64,000 nucleotides of DNA, taken from NCBI GenBank assembly GCA_045603405.1, contig JAZUMA010000015.1:54933-118932 (forward strand), given 5' to 3'. The position numbers were made by a program, and so were the translations under genes. Of the stretch, positions 49,307-58,986 are shown piece after piece (positions within the stretch are counted from its first letter, which is position 1; the number at the start of each line of letters is the position of its first letter). Under the pieces are notes generated by a model, which saw nothing but the letters and a program-made list of their open reading frames with translations, ran no database searches and had not been told where the DNA came from. Source of the DNA: Alphaproteobacteria bacterium. GTDB lineage: Bacteria; Pseudomonadota; Alphaproteobacteria; RF32; CAG-239.

Positions 49307-50119
49307 ATGAGTTTTAAAGATTTAGGGTTAAACGAAAAAACAATTCAAGCCATAGAAGACTTAGGTTATACCGAGCCGACAACCGTTCAAAAAGATGTTA
49401 TACCTTCCATTCTTGAAGGCAAAGATATTTTTACAATTGCTCCTGCTGCATGCGGTAAAACCTGCGCCTACATTTTCCCTTTAATTGATATTATTTCTAA
49501 AAAAACCGGTCAAAACATTCTAATATTAACCGCTGATTCTACAGAATCCGTCAACATTTCTGATAAGTTTGCCATTTTCAATAAATATCACGAAATAAGC
49601 GAAAAAGAAAATGCTGAAGAAGAAAACAGTATTGAAGCAAATGTCATTATTGCCTCTCCATCTTTGTTGCTTGAAAATATTGCAGAAAATAGCGTCGATA
49701 TTTCCAATATCAATATTTTAGTTGTTGACGATATTAATTTAATCAAGAAAAAGCGCCAACTTGCAAATCTGGAAAAGATTTTAGAACAATTACCGATAAA
49801 CAAGCAAAACATTGTTTTCACCACACGCCGCTCCAAAGAAACACAAGATACTTTAAACAAAATCTTAAAAACACCGGCAGAAATTAAAATTGATAAAAAC
49901 AAAGAAAGCGAAGTAACAGAAGTTAATCAAAATGAGCCTACTTTACCGGAATCTTTAGTATCTGAAGAAAGTAAAAATAAAAAGAAAACTAAATACCAAC
50001 GCAGGGAAGAACACCAAGACAAAAAGGCCTGTGAATTAGCTAAACGTTATAAAGTTTTCGGCAATAAAACCCCTAATTTCTTATTATCAGATACAAAGCT
50101 TGCTTCTGAGGCTGAGTAG
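49307..50119 (+). CDS. degenerate DEAD-box helicase paralog: RecA-like domain 1 only, catalytic motifs mutated, Lys-rich tail
   Basis: 270 aa; Q-motif F..LGL...AIEDLGYTEPTTVQ intact-like, motif I APAACGKT (vs AxTGSGKT), motif II VVDD (vs DEAD), motif III FTT (vs SAT); no helicase C-domain. Confidence 0.5.
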   Translation: MSFKDLGLNEKTIQAIEDLGYTEPTTVQKDVIPSILEGKDIFTIAPAACGKTCAYIFPLIDIISKKTGQNILILTADSTESVNISDKFAIFNKYHEISEKENAEEENSIEANVIIASPSLLLENIAENSVDISNINILVVDDINLIKKKRQLANLEKILEQLPINKQNIVFTTRRSKETQDTLNKILKTPAEIKIDKNKESEVTEVNQNEPTLPESLVSEESKNKKKTKYQRREEHQDKKACELAKRYKVFGNKTPNFLLSDTKLASEAE

Positions 50120-50208
50120 TTTTATACTAAAAATTAAAAAAAAACTTGCGCTATTTTGCACATTGTTTTATAGAAAAGAAAAATGTTAACCTTTTTATGG
50201 AGATCTAA

Positions 50209-50967
50209 ATGTCAGGACACTCCCAATTTAAGAACATCATGTACCGCAAAGGTGCACAGGATGCTAAGAAAGCCAGAGTATTTGCTAAACTGGCTCGTGA
50301 AATTACCGTTGCCGCCAAAAGCGGTTTACCTGAGCCGGATAAAAACCCACGCTTACGTCTAGCCATTCAGGCTGCTCGTGCAGAAAGTATGCCGAAAGAT
50401 AATATTGAACGCGCAATTGCTAAAGCAACCCAAGTTGCCGGCGGCGCAGATTTTACCACTATGCGCTATGAAGGCTTTTCACCCAACAAAGTTGCCGTTA
50501 TTGTTGAAGCCTTAACAGATAACAAAAATCGTACCGCAAGTAATGTTCGCGCTATTTTTGGTAAACGTGGCGGAACAATGGGTGAAACAGGCTCTGTATC
50601 ATTTAACTTTGAGCGCATTGGCTATATTGAATACCCGCTTTCTGTAGCAGATGCGGACAAAATGTTTGAAGAGGCTTTAGAAGCCGGTGCAAATGAAGTT
50701 ATTTCTGAAGATGATATCCACGCTATTGAAACGTTACCTGAAGATTTAGCTGCCGTAACCGAAGCACTTGAAAAGAAATTCGGCACACCATCTGCTTCTC
50801 GTCTGGACTGGAAACCGACTGTTAAAACAGAAATCACAGACTTAGAAACAGCAAAAAAATTCCTGGAATTCATTGACGCTTTGGAAGAAGATGAAGACAT
50901 ACAACATGTTTATCATAATGCCGATATTGCAGAAAACATTATGGCTCAATTGGCTGAAGGTGAATAA
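50209..50967 (+). CDS. yebC: YebC/PmpR-family transcriptional regulator
   Basis: 252 aa; MSGHSQFKNIMYRKGAQDAKKARVFAKL canonical. Confidence 0.9.
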   Translation: MSGHSQFKNIMYRKGAQDAKKARVFAKLAREITVAAKSGLPEPDKNPRLRLAIQAARAESMPKDNIERAIAKATQVAGGADFTTMRYEGFSPNKVAVIVEALTDNKNRTASNVRAIFGKRGGTMGETGSVSFNFERIGYIEYPLSVADADKMFEEALEAGANEVISEDDIHAIETLPEDLAAVTEALEKKFGTPSASRLDWKPTVKTEITDLETAKKFLEFIDALEEDEDIQHVYHNADIAENIMAQLAEGE

Positions 50968-51456
50968 ATGCGAATTTTAGGCCTCGATCCCAGTATTTCA
51001 TCAACCGGTTGGGGCATCATAGAGGTTGAAGGAAACCGTCTGTCTTATGTAGCAGACGGTTTTATTCCGACATCTGCAAAAGAACCTTTATCGCAGCGTT
51101 TACACACCATTCATAGCGAACTAAAAAAAATCATCGAATTATATAAACCAGATGAATCTTCCATTGAAATTACTTTTCTTAATTCAAATGCAGAAACATC
51201 ATTAAAATTAAGCATGGCACGAGGTGTCGTATTTCTCATGCCGGCATTATACAACATCCCTTTATATGAGTACGAACCGACAAAAATCAAAAAAGCATTA
51301 ACTGGTGTCGGCAAAGCAGAGAAGGCTCAAGTAGAAACAATGGTCAAAGTGCTTCTTCCCGGGTGCAAACCCAAAAACAACGACGCCTCAGATGCCCTAG
51401 CCATTGCCATCACTCATGCACACCTGAGAAATTCTTTCACCAATCATATCGCTTAA
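50968..51456 (+). CDS. ruvC: crossover junction endodeoxyribonuclease RuvC
   Basis: 162 aa; MRILGLDPSISSTGWGII N-terminus with catalytic Asp; yebC-ruvC conserved pair. Confidence 0.9.
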   Translation: MRILGLDPSISSTGWGIIEVEGNRLSYVADGFIPTSAKEPLSQRLHTIHSELKKIIELYKPDESSIEITFLNSNAETSLKLSMARGVVFLMPALYNIPLYEYEPTKIKKALTGVGKAEKAQVETMVKVLLPGCKPKNNDASDALAIAITHAHLRNSFTNHIA

Positions 51457-51465
51457 ATTATAGCA

Positions 51466-52125
51466 CTACTTCAAATATGCTTTATTTGCTGACAAAAATT
51501 TTTCAGCAATTTCTTCGCCTTCCGTCTTACCATTATAGTAAAAAAAATTTTTTCCTTCTTTTTTAAGCTCCAATACAGCCGGCTTTGTTACTTTTTCATA
51601 TTCTGCCAAGCGCTCCGATAAAACTTCATCATCTTTTCTTTTAATAAGTTTACCACCACAATATTGGCATACACCATTACTAACCTCTTGTCCTTTACCG
51701 CACACAGCACAAATACGCCTATTCTTAACGCGCTCTAGAATAAGTTCTTTAGGTGTATCTCTGAAAATAATTGCACTTGAAAAGTCCTTCATCAGATGGT
51801 AAAATTCTTGCACTTGCCCAACTGTTCTGGGATACCCATCTAAAATCAGCACCTTTGCATTAAGCTGACACAATTCATCAATCAACATTTTATTGACCAA
51901 ATTATCAGGTGCTAATCCGCCCTCTTTCATATTTGCAATTAATGCTTGTCCTATAGCTGTTCCTGCCTTTTTTTCCCGCCGTATAAGTTCACCCATAGAA
52001 ACATCAGCAATTTCCTCTGCAGAAAAACCATATTTTTTTTCTAAATCCTTTGTCAAACAAGAAGCAATATACCCTTTACCGGAAGCAGGAGCTCCTATCA
52101 AAGATATAACAAATTTTTTACTCAT
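51466..52125 (-). CDS. adk: adenylate kinase with zinc-binding LID
   Basis: 219 aa; GAPASGKG P-loop, LID CxxC...CxxC (CAVCGKG..CQYCGG). Confidence 0.8.
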   Translation of the reverse strand: MSKKFVISLIGAPASGKGYIASCLTKDLEKKYGFSAEEIADVSMGELIRREKKAGTAIGQALIANMKEGGLAPDNLVNKMLIDELCQLNAKVLILDGYPRTVGQVQEFYHLMKDFSSAIIFRDTPKELILERVKNRRICAVCGKGQEVSNGVCQYCGGKLIKRKDDEVLSERLAEYEKVTKPAVLELKKEGKNFFYYNGKTEGEEIAEKFLSANKAYLK

Positions 52126-52225
52126 ATCATTTCCTTAATTCTTCATACTTTTTAACTGCAAACAATAAATAAAAGCCTTCAATTCCACAGTCTGATACAC
52201 AAATTTAAAAAATATTTACAATAAA

Positions 52226-53209
52226 CTAATTTGCATACATACCTTCATATTCAGGCTCCGGCTCATCTAAAGGAACCTGATAAGCCACTGGCTGACGTGT
52301 TCCTCCCTGATAAGATGTCATCGGCTGAGAAATATTATTCGTCTGATAAGGCTGTACTGGCTGCTCTACCGGACGGCGCAAAGTCGGCGCGCCAAATCTT
52401 CCGCTAGTATTCGTAGTCAGCTTAGGATTCAGCGGATGAATATCTTCCGGCAAACGAATCATCCCATATCCTGAACCACCACCTGTCGCCGGACCGGAAA
52501 GGCCGATAGAATAATACCCACCGATATATCCATAATCCAAATCAATATAATCTATCGCAAACATAACTCGAATATTAGTAGCACCCATACTCGTCATATC
52601 ACACTTAAAGCCATTACCGTTTAATACAATATCCTTATTATTTTTAACATAAAGCATAGCCTTATCTGGTTTACATACAGTCGGTGTTTGTCCGTTATAG
52701 CTTAAATTATACCCCAAAGCAAGATTAACTGAGGTTTTTCCCTTACCCATAGTAGCATCAACAATTTTCACACCATCAAAATAAACATATGCCGGCGTAA
52801 CCCCTACTTTAGCGGGAACAGTTAAATAAGGATTAATACAAACATGAGCCTGCGCATTAGCCTCACACAACAAAGCTGTTTCATCTAAATTATTATCAAC
52901 CAATTGTGCCAACGCATTAAAAATATATTCCCGAGAAGAAGCCAATTCTGCCGGAGCGCATTGTTTATCCCTGCACACAATTAATGTATTAAGCGGAGGA
53001 ATACGCTTATTATAAACGGCAGCCGCCTCTCGCGGTGTTTCCGTAAAGACTTCATCTCCGAGAGAATCTGTTGAAACAATATAGTCATCAATAATGACTT
53101 CGTCTGCGGCTGAAACAGTATATTCATCCTCTCCGCTGTTCCACAAAGAAGAACATGAAACAACACCTAAACTGCCTATTAAGGCAAATATTTTAAAAAT
53201 TTTCCTCAC
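52226..53209 (-). CDS. hypothetical lipoprotein with Pro/Gln-rich C-terminus
   Basis: 327 aa; LIGSLGVVSC lipobox. Confidence 0.45.
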   Translation of the reverse strand: MRKIFKIFALIGSLGVVSCSSLWNSGEDEYTVSAADEVIIDDYIVSTDSLGDEVFTETPREAAAVYNKRIPPLNTLIVCRDKQCAPAELASSREYIFNALAQLVDNNLDETALLCEANAQAHVCINPYLTVPAKVGVTPAYVYFDGVKIVDATMGKGKTSVNLALGYNLSYNGQTPTVCKPDKAMLYVKNNKDIVLNGNGFKCDMTSMGATNIRVMFAIDYIDLDYGYIGGYYSIGLSGPATGGGSGYGMIRLPEDIHPLNPKLTTNTSGRFGAPTLRRPVEQPVQPYQTNNISQPMTSYQGGTRQPVAYQVPLDEPEPEYEGMYAN

Positions 53210-53274
53210 GGTAACTAACCTTTAATCAAAATTTAGTATATACTTTAGTAAGGATTATATTGTAAACTATCTGA

Positions 53275-53805
53275 ATGGAAAGAAAATTGTCAAAAATATA
53301 CACACCATATAACAGTTTGTTTTTTATTTTATTGTTGATTTTGTTGAGTACTTTTTCCACATGTTCGGCAAAAGAAATTGTTTCATCGCCAATAACTCCT
53401 GTCAACGTTATTGACGGCGACAGCCTAGAAATAGGTTCGGAACGCATTCGCTTAATGGGTATAGATGCACCTGAATACATTCAGCAATGCAAAAATAAAA
53501 AAGGTAAAAAGTACCCATGTGGCATACTCTCAAAAGAATATTTACAAAAACTTATCGGCAAAAATAACATAACCTGCAAAATACACAAAAAAGACCAATA
53601 CGAAAGAAATCTATGCACCTGCTATAGTGGCCAAACGGACTTGAATGCGGAAATGGTTCGTGCCGGCCACGCAATTCCCTACTTAGAAAGTCCCTATAAA
53701 AAAGAACAGCATGAAGCACAACAAAACAAAAGAGGTTTATGGGCTGGCCGTTTTATACAACCACGCCTTTTTCGCCGTTTACAAGAACAACAAAAAATGA
53801 ATTAA
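53275..53805 (+). CDS. secreted thermonuclease (staphylococcal-nuclease-like, SNase fold)
   Basis: 176 aa; signal peptide; VIDGDSLEIGSERIRLMGIDAPE and later R/E/Y catalytic region typical of SNase homologs. Confidence 0.7.
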   Translation: MERKLSKIYTPYNSLFFILLLILLSTFSTCSAKEIVSSPITPVNVIDGDSLEIGSERIRLMGIDAPEYIQQCKNKKGKKYPCGILSKEYLQKLIGKNNITCKIHKKDQYERNLCTCYSGQTDLNAEMVRAGHAIPYLESPYKKEQHEAQQNKRGLWAGRFIQPRLFRRLQEQQKMN

Positions 53806-53892
53806 TTTAACTTTTTTCAAGTTTTCTATTGACTCCTTTAAAAACTTATGTATATTGCACAAAAAAGTTATGTTTAAAATCTATACAAACAG

Positions 53893-54201
53893 GTGAATAA
53901 AATGTATGCAGTAATTAAAACAGGCGGCAAGCAATATAAAGTAGCATCAAATGATGTTATCAAAATTGAAAAAATTGCTGGAGACGCCGGAAGTGAAGTA
54001 ATTTTTAATGAAGTTTTAGCGATGGGCGAAAACGTTGGCACACCGTTCGTCAAAGGTGCAAGCGTAAAAGGTACTATTGTTAAGCAAGCAAAAGACGCAA
54101 AAATTATTGTTTTCAAAAAGAAGAGAAGACAAAATTACCGTCGTAAAAATGGACATAGACAAAACATCACAATCGTAAAGATTACGGATTTGTGTGAATA
54201 A
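53893..54201 (+). CDS. rplU: 50S ribosomal protein L21
   Basis: 102 aa MYAVIKTGGKQYKV... Confidence 0.95.
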   Translation: MNKMYAVIKTGGKQYKVASNDVIKIEKIAGDAGSEVIFNEVLAMGENVGTPFVKGASVKGTIVKQAKDAKIIVFKKKRRQNYRRKNGHRQNITIVKITDLCE

Positions 54202-54220
54202 TTAACTAGGAGTTATAAAA

Positions 54221-54478
54221 ATGGCACATAAGAAATCAGGCGGTAGCTCATCAAACGGACGTGACTCCATCGGGCGTCGTTTAGGTGTTAAAAAGTTTGG
54301 CGGTGAATCCGTTATTTCCGGCAACATCATTATCCGTCAACGTGGCACAAAGTTCCACCCGGGTAACAATGTTGGCATGGGTAAAGATCACACCATTTTT
54401 GCCACTGCAGAAGGTAAAGTTGAGTTCAAAACAAAAGCCAATGACAGAACTTATGTATCTGTTGTTCCTGCCGAGTAA
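54221..54478 (+). CDS. rpmA: 50S ribosomal protein L27
   Basis: 85 aa [28 protein letters not shown]... Confidence 0.95.
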   Translation: MAHKKSGGSSSNGRDSIGRRLGVKKFGGESVISGNIIIRQRGTKFHPGNNVGMGKDHTIFATAEGKVEFKTKANDRTYVSVVPAE

Positions 54479-54513
54479 TTTGACTCACATAAGCAAAACA
54501 AGGGGGTGTTTGA

Positions 54514-55608
<1,095 letters not shown>

Positions 55609-55609
55609 T

Positions 55610-55969
55610 ATGGAGCATAAAATGAACATCAAAGCAGATGAAAAACTATTAAAATTGATAGAAAAGACTTTAGATGACAACAAAGCCGAAAACATTGTCA
55701 CCATAGATTTAAAAGGCAAAACATCTATTGCTAATTTTATGGTTATCGCCAGTGGCACATCCAACCGTCATGTTGCCTCTCTTGCTGATAAAGTAAAGTC
55801 TGAATTAAAGAAAAATGGTTACGTATCTTCTTCAGAAGGTGAAGAAAAAGCCAACTGGGTTTTAATAGATGCCTTTGATGTTATAGTACACATTTTCTGC
55901 CCGGAAGTCCGTGATTTTTACAATTTGGAAAAAATGTGGAATTCCGTTGCCGAACTGCGCAAGAATTAA
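55610..55969 (+). CDS. rsfS: ribosomal silencing factor RsfS (Iojap)
   Basis: 119 aa; DLKGKTSIANFMVIASGTSNRHVASLADKV. Confidence 0.9.
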   Translation: MEHKMNIKADEKLLKLIEKTLDDNKAENIVTIDLKGKTSIANFMVIASGTSNRHVASLADKVKSELKKNGYVSSSEGEEKANWVLIDAFDVIVHIFCPEVRDFYNLEKMWNSVAELRKN

Positions 55970-56165
55970 TTTCCCCCTTTACCTTGAATCAACTTATAAT
56001 ACCTAGAGGAAATCTTTTTTCTCTTGCTTTTTGCCAAATTTTTAATTATAAATTGTGCATGCCAGCTATTTATTAATACTGGCATTGAGTACCTGTTTGG
56101 GTGCAAGAGAGCTGTCGTAAGCTCAATATTGGTATCGGTGTTAGGGATATAACATCGTCATTTTA

Positions 56166-56338
56166 TCAGCTGTTCATAACAGCTGACAATAGATATATCC
56201 CCGATTCATAACAATATGGTCGGGGAGCTTTTAGCGTATGTCCAAGAACTGTATGAAGATACTGTTTAAAAGGCTAAGAGAGTCATTTATACCAATATGA
56301 TTTACGAACTCTCCGACCACCTTTCATAACAGGGTGGT
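56166..56338 (+). promoter_or_regulatory. three stem-loops each displaying TTCATAAC(A) in the loop, in the 380-bp leader/intergenic region upstream of the OMP gene
   Basis: H1 tcagctg-TTCATAA-cagctga (56166-56186); H2 tccccga-TTCATAACAatatgg-tcgggga (56198-56226) followed by gcttttag; H3 accacc-tTTCATAACAg-ggtggt (56316-56338) followed by ttttaacttttt, 12 nt before RBS. Confidence 0.4.
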
Positions 56339-56364
56339 TTTAACTTTTTATGGAGAGTTTTATA

Positions 56365-56991
56365 ATGAAAAAGACTTTTTTATTGGCAGGAGTTGCCGCT
56401 TCATTGTTTGCTTTCAATGCAAACGCTTTTGATTTTCAGCAATACATTTCTGGAAAACTAACATATAGCGATATGTCTAATGATGTTAAGATAAAAGACT
56501 TCGACGGAGGTTCAGATAAAACAAATGTTGATGATAAAGTATGGGGAAGCAATTTTGCCTATGGTATAAAAAATAATGCCTTAAGAACAGAATTAGAATT
56601 GAACATTAACGATAAAGCAAAAAAGAGTCAGTTTCATGATGGAACAAATGAAAAAAGAGAATTAGAAAATAATTCAATTATGCTAAATGCATATTATGAC
56701 ATAAATACAGGAACTAAATTTACTCCGTATATTGGAGTAGGCATTGGTATGGCTAGATTAAAAGCAACATATTCTGATAATACGGGTGCAAACATCAGCA
56801 AACACAAAAATAATGTTGTTTGGCAATTAGGTGCAGGTATATCTTATACATTAACTGATAATACAGCTCTTGATTTAGGATATCGATATACCGATTCAGG
56901 AGATGTAACATTACATGATCAAGAAGGAAATAAAGCTAAATTTGATTCTCAAGCACATGAAATTTTACTCGGTATCAGATATACATTTTAA
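56365..56991 (+). CDS. outer-membrane beta-barrel protein (OmpA-like/Opacity porin family small OMP)
   Basis: Track ORF trimmed to ATG 56365 (MKKTFLLAGVAASLFAFNANA signal peptide) with GGAGAG SD; alternating amphipathic strands; C-terminal ...GIRYTF with terminal Phe. Confidence 0.6.
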   Translation: MKKTFLLAGVAASLFAFNANAFDFQQYISGKLTYSDMSNDVKIKDFDGGSDKTNVDDKVWGSNFAYGIKNNALRTELELNINDKAKKSQFHDGTNEKRELENNSIMLNAYYDINTGTKFTPYIGVGIGMARLKATYSDNTGANISKHKNNVVWQLGAGISYTLTDNTALDLGYRYTDSGDVTLHDQEGNKAKFDSQAHEILLGIRYTF

Positions 56992-57015
56992 CGTAAATAT
57001 ATAAACTATCGCTTA

Positions 57016-57052
57016 AACATCTAGGAGTTTTTTTAATCTCCTAGATGTTTTA
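57016..57052 (+). terminator. terminator hairpin after OMP gene (12-bp stem)
   Basis: aacatctaggag-ttttttta-atctcctagatgtt then tttac. Confidence 0.5.
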
Positions 57053-57150
57053 CAAAAAATATAGCACTTTCTCACACAAATAAATCTTGAACTAAAGAAA
57101 AAAGTTCTTGATTTGCGTAAAGAAATGTTTTATAAGCATTTTAGCTTGAT

Positions 57151-57191
57151 AGGGGTATAGCTCAGTTGGTAGAGCATCGGTCTCCAAAACC
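57151..57191 (+). pseudogene. tRNA-Trp (CCA) 5' fragment: acceptor 5' strand, D-arm, anticodon stem-loop; no T-arm/3' half (probable att-site remnant)
   Basis: AGGGGTA TA GCTC AGTTGGTA GAGC A TCGGT CTCCAAA ACC then caaaatagaattttcc, which is not tRNA-like; typical Trp tRNA matches to position ~41 only. Confidence 0.55.
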
Positions 57192-57364
57192 CAAAATAGA
57201 ATTTTCCAAGTATTTAAATTTCCACATTTTTTATTGATTTTTCAAACAGTTTAAGCAAAAAAAATTTTTTGCCTAGCGTACCTTGGCGTACCTAGGTATT
57301 CTCGATTTTCCGAACCGTTTCGGTATACTTTAGGTATCAGATAAACCGAAACGGAGATTTTGAA

Positions 57365-58492
57365 ATGGTAAAAAGTTTTCCTGGAGTGCGAACAGCAAAT
57401 CGCATAAGAAATGGTAGAAAAGATATTTACTTTTCTATTCGCTATACCAAAAACGGTAAGCAATGTGAAGAAGGCATCGGTTATAAATCAGACGGATTTA
57501 CAGCAGAAAAAACCTACGAAATTTTAAAAGAATTAAAACAAGATATAAAAGCAGGTAAAGTATCTTCTTTACGCGACAAAAACAACCAACGCGAACAAGA
57601 AAGAATTGCTAATGAGGCGGCAAATATGACGTTCTCAGAGCTTTTTGAAGAATATTATCAGCCGCATATTCAAAATAAAGACAAAAAATCAACATATGAC
57701 AGAGAAGTTAACCTATATAAAGTATGGCTTAGACCTTTTTTGGGAGATGTTAGGTTAAACCTCATTAGCCTCAAAAGCCTCACTAGGTTAATTCAAGCTA
57801 TGGATAAAAAACATTTATCTAATCGTACAAAACGCTATGCTATAGCACTAACGCGACAAGTTCTTAATTTTGCAATTAAATATGAGCTATTTGCAGGGGA
57901 AAATCCGGCAGCAAGATTTGACGAGCTGAAAAAGGAAGATAATCAACGTGTAAAGTTTTTAAGCGAAGAAGATTTAAACAATCTTTTAGCAGAAATAAAG
58001 AAACATAGCTATCAAGTTTATGTAATGGCACTTATTTCCGCCGATTGCGGACTACGCGCCGGAGAAATTTTCAGACTAACTTGGGCTGATGTAAGCCTAG
58101 AAGAAAAAATGCTGTTTTTGCGTGATACAAAAAATGGCAAGAATCGTTATGCCTATATGACAGACCGTGTTTTTGATGAACTTTCAAAATTAAAACAGCA
58201 TGAAGGCAATGAATTAGTCTTTCAAAGCAGAGAGGGAAAGAAAATAGAACATGTTTCACGCACTTTTGAACGTGCAGTCAAAGCATTGGGATTAAATAAA
58301 GGTGTTACAGACCGCAGGCAAAAAGTAGTTTTTCATTCTTTAAGGCACACATTTGCCAGTCGGTTAGTGCAAAAACGCGTTTCACTTTACGAAGTCAAAG
58401 AACTGTTAGGACATTCCGATATTGCAATGACTCAACGCTATTCACACTTGGCAAATGAAACGCTACGAGAGGCTGTTTCTAAGCTTAATTAG
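57365..58492 (+). CDS. int: tyrosine-type site-specific recombinase/phage integrase
   Basis: 375 aa; C-terminal catalytic region HSLRHTFASRLVQKRVSLYEVKELLGHSDIAMTQRYSHL (R..HxxR...Y). Confidence 0.85.
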   Translation: MVKSFPGVRTANRIRNGRKDIYFSIRYTKNGKQCEEGIGYKSDGFTAEKTYEILKELKQDIKAGKVSSLRDKNNQREQERIANEAANMTFSELFEEYYQPHIQNKDKKSTYDREVNLYKVWLRPFLGDVRLNLISLKSLTRLIQAMDKKHLSNRTKRYAIALTRQVLNFAIKYELFAGENPAARFDELKKEDNQRVKFLSEEDLNNLLAEIKKHSYQVYVMALISADCGLRAGEIFRLTWADVSLEEKMLFLRDTKNGKNRYAYMTDRVFDELSKLKQHEGNELVFQSREGKKIEHVSRTFERAVKALGLNKGVTDRRQKVVFHSLRHTFASRLVQKRVSLYEVKELLGHSDIAMTQRYSHLANETLREAVSKLN

Positions 58493-58653
58493 AGCAGTTT
58501 AACATATTATTTTGTTTATTATTTCGGGGCTTTTTTTTAAGTTCCGCACTCAAAATATTTTTGCACCCAAAAAAGGTGAATTGAGGTCTTTGGTCGTTAT
58601 AGCGCGAAAAAACAATGGTGTTTTTTCATAACTTTCGAAAAAGGAAACGGAAA

Positions 58654-58986
58654 ATGAAGAAAAACAATGATTTATCGCCAAGATTCTTTGAAATTTACAA
58701 AAGTAAACTTCTCGAACAAGCACCTTTAATTAGCCGAGTTAAGCTTTGCGAAATACTCCCATTTCTGAGCAGAAACACATTACGAAATATTGATTATGAA
58801 AACCCAGAAAAAGGAATAGGCGAAGTTTACTACGTAAACGGCAAAGCTTACTATGATGTAAACGATGTAATCCTATACATAAAAAAGAAATTTTGCAACC
58901 CCGAAAATGAAAAGGAGAATACAAAAAATGAAATTATTAAAAGTCGACCACAAAATTTTAGTTATAAAAGCGGAGGTATGAAATGA
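58654..58986 (+). CDS. AlpA/excisionase-like small HTH protein (putative Xis/regulator of the element)
   Basis: Track ORF 58615-58986 trimmed to ATG 58654 (MKKNNDLSPRF...) with AGGAAA SD; LCEILPFLSRNTLRNIDYENPEKGIGEVYYVNGKAYYDVNDVILYIKK resembles AlpA-family HTH layout. Confidence 0.4.
   Translation: MKKNNDLSPRFFEIYKSKLLEQAPLISRVKLCEILPFLSRNTLRNIDYENPEKGIGEVYYVNGKAYYDVNDVILYIKKKFCNPENEKENTKNEIIKSRPQNFSYKSGGMK

Noticed and set aside
53226-53480. 84-aa minus-strand ORF overlapping the nuclease gene start
   Set aside because: Overlaps signal-peptide region of the well-supported thermonuclease gene; Ile/Asn/Lys low-complexity.
57151-57226. Complete tRNA-Trp gene
   Set aside because: Sequence after ...CTCCAAAACC cannot form the anticodon 3' stem, variable loop or T-arm (no GTTCRANYC); only a 5' fragment remains.
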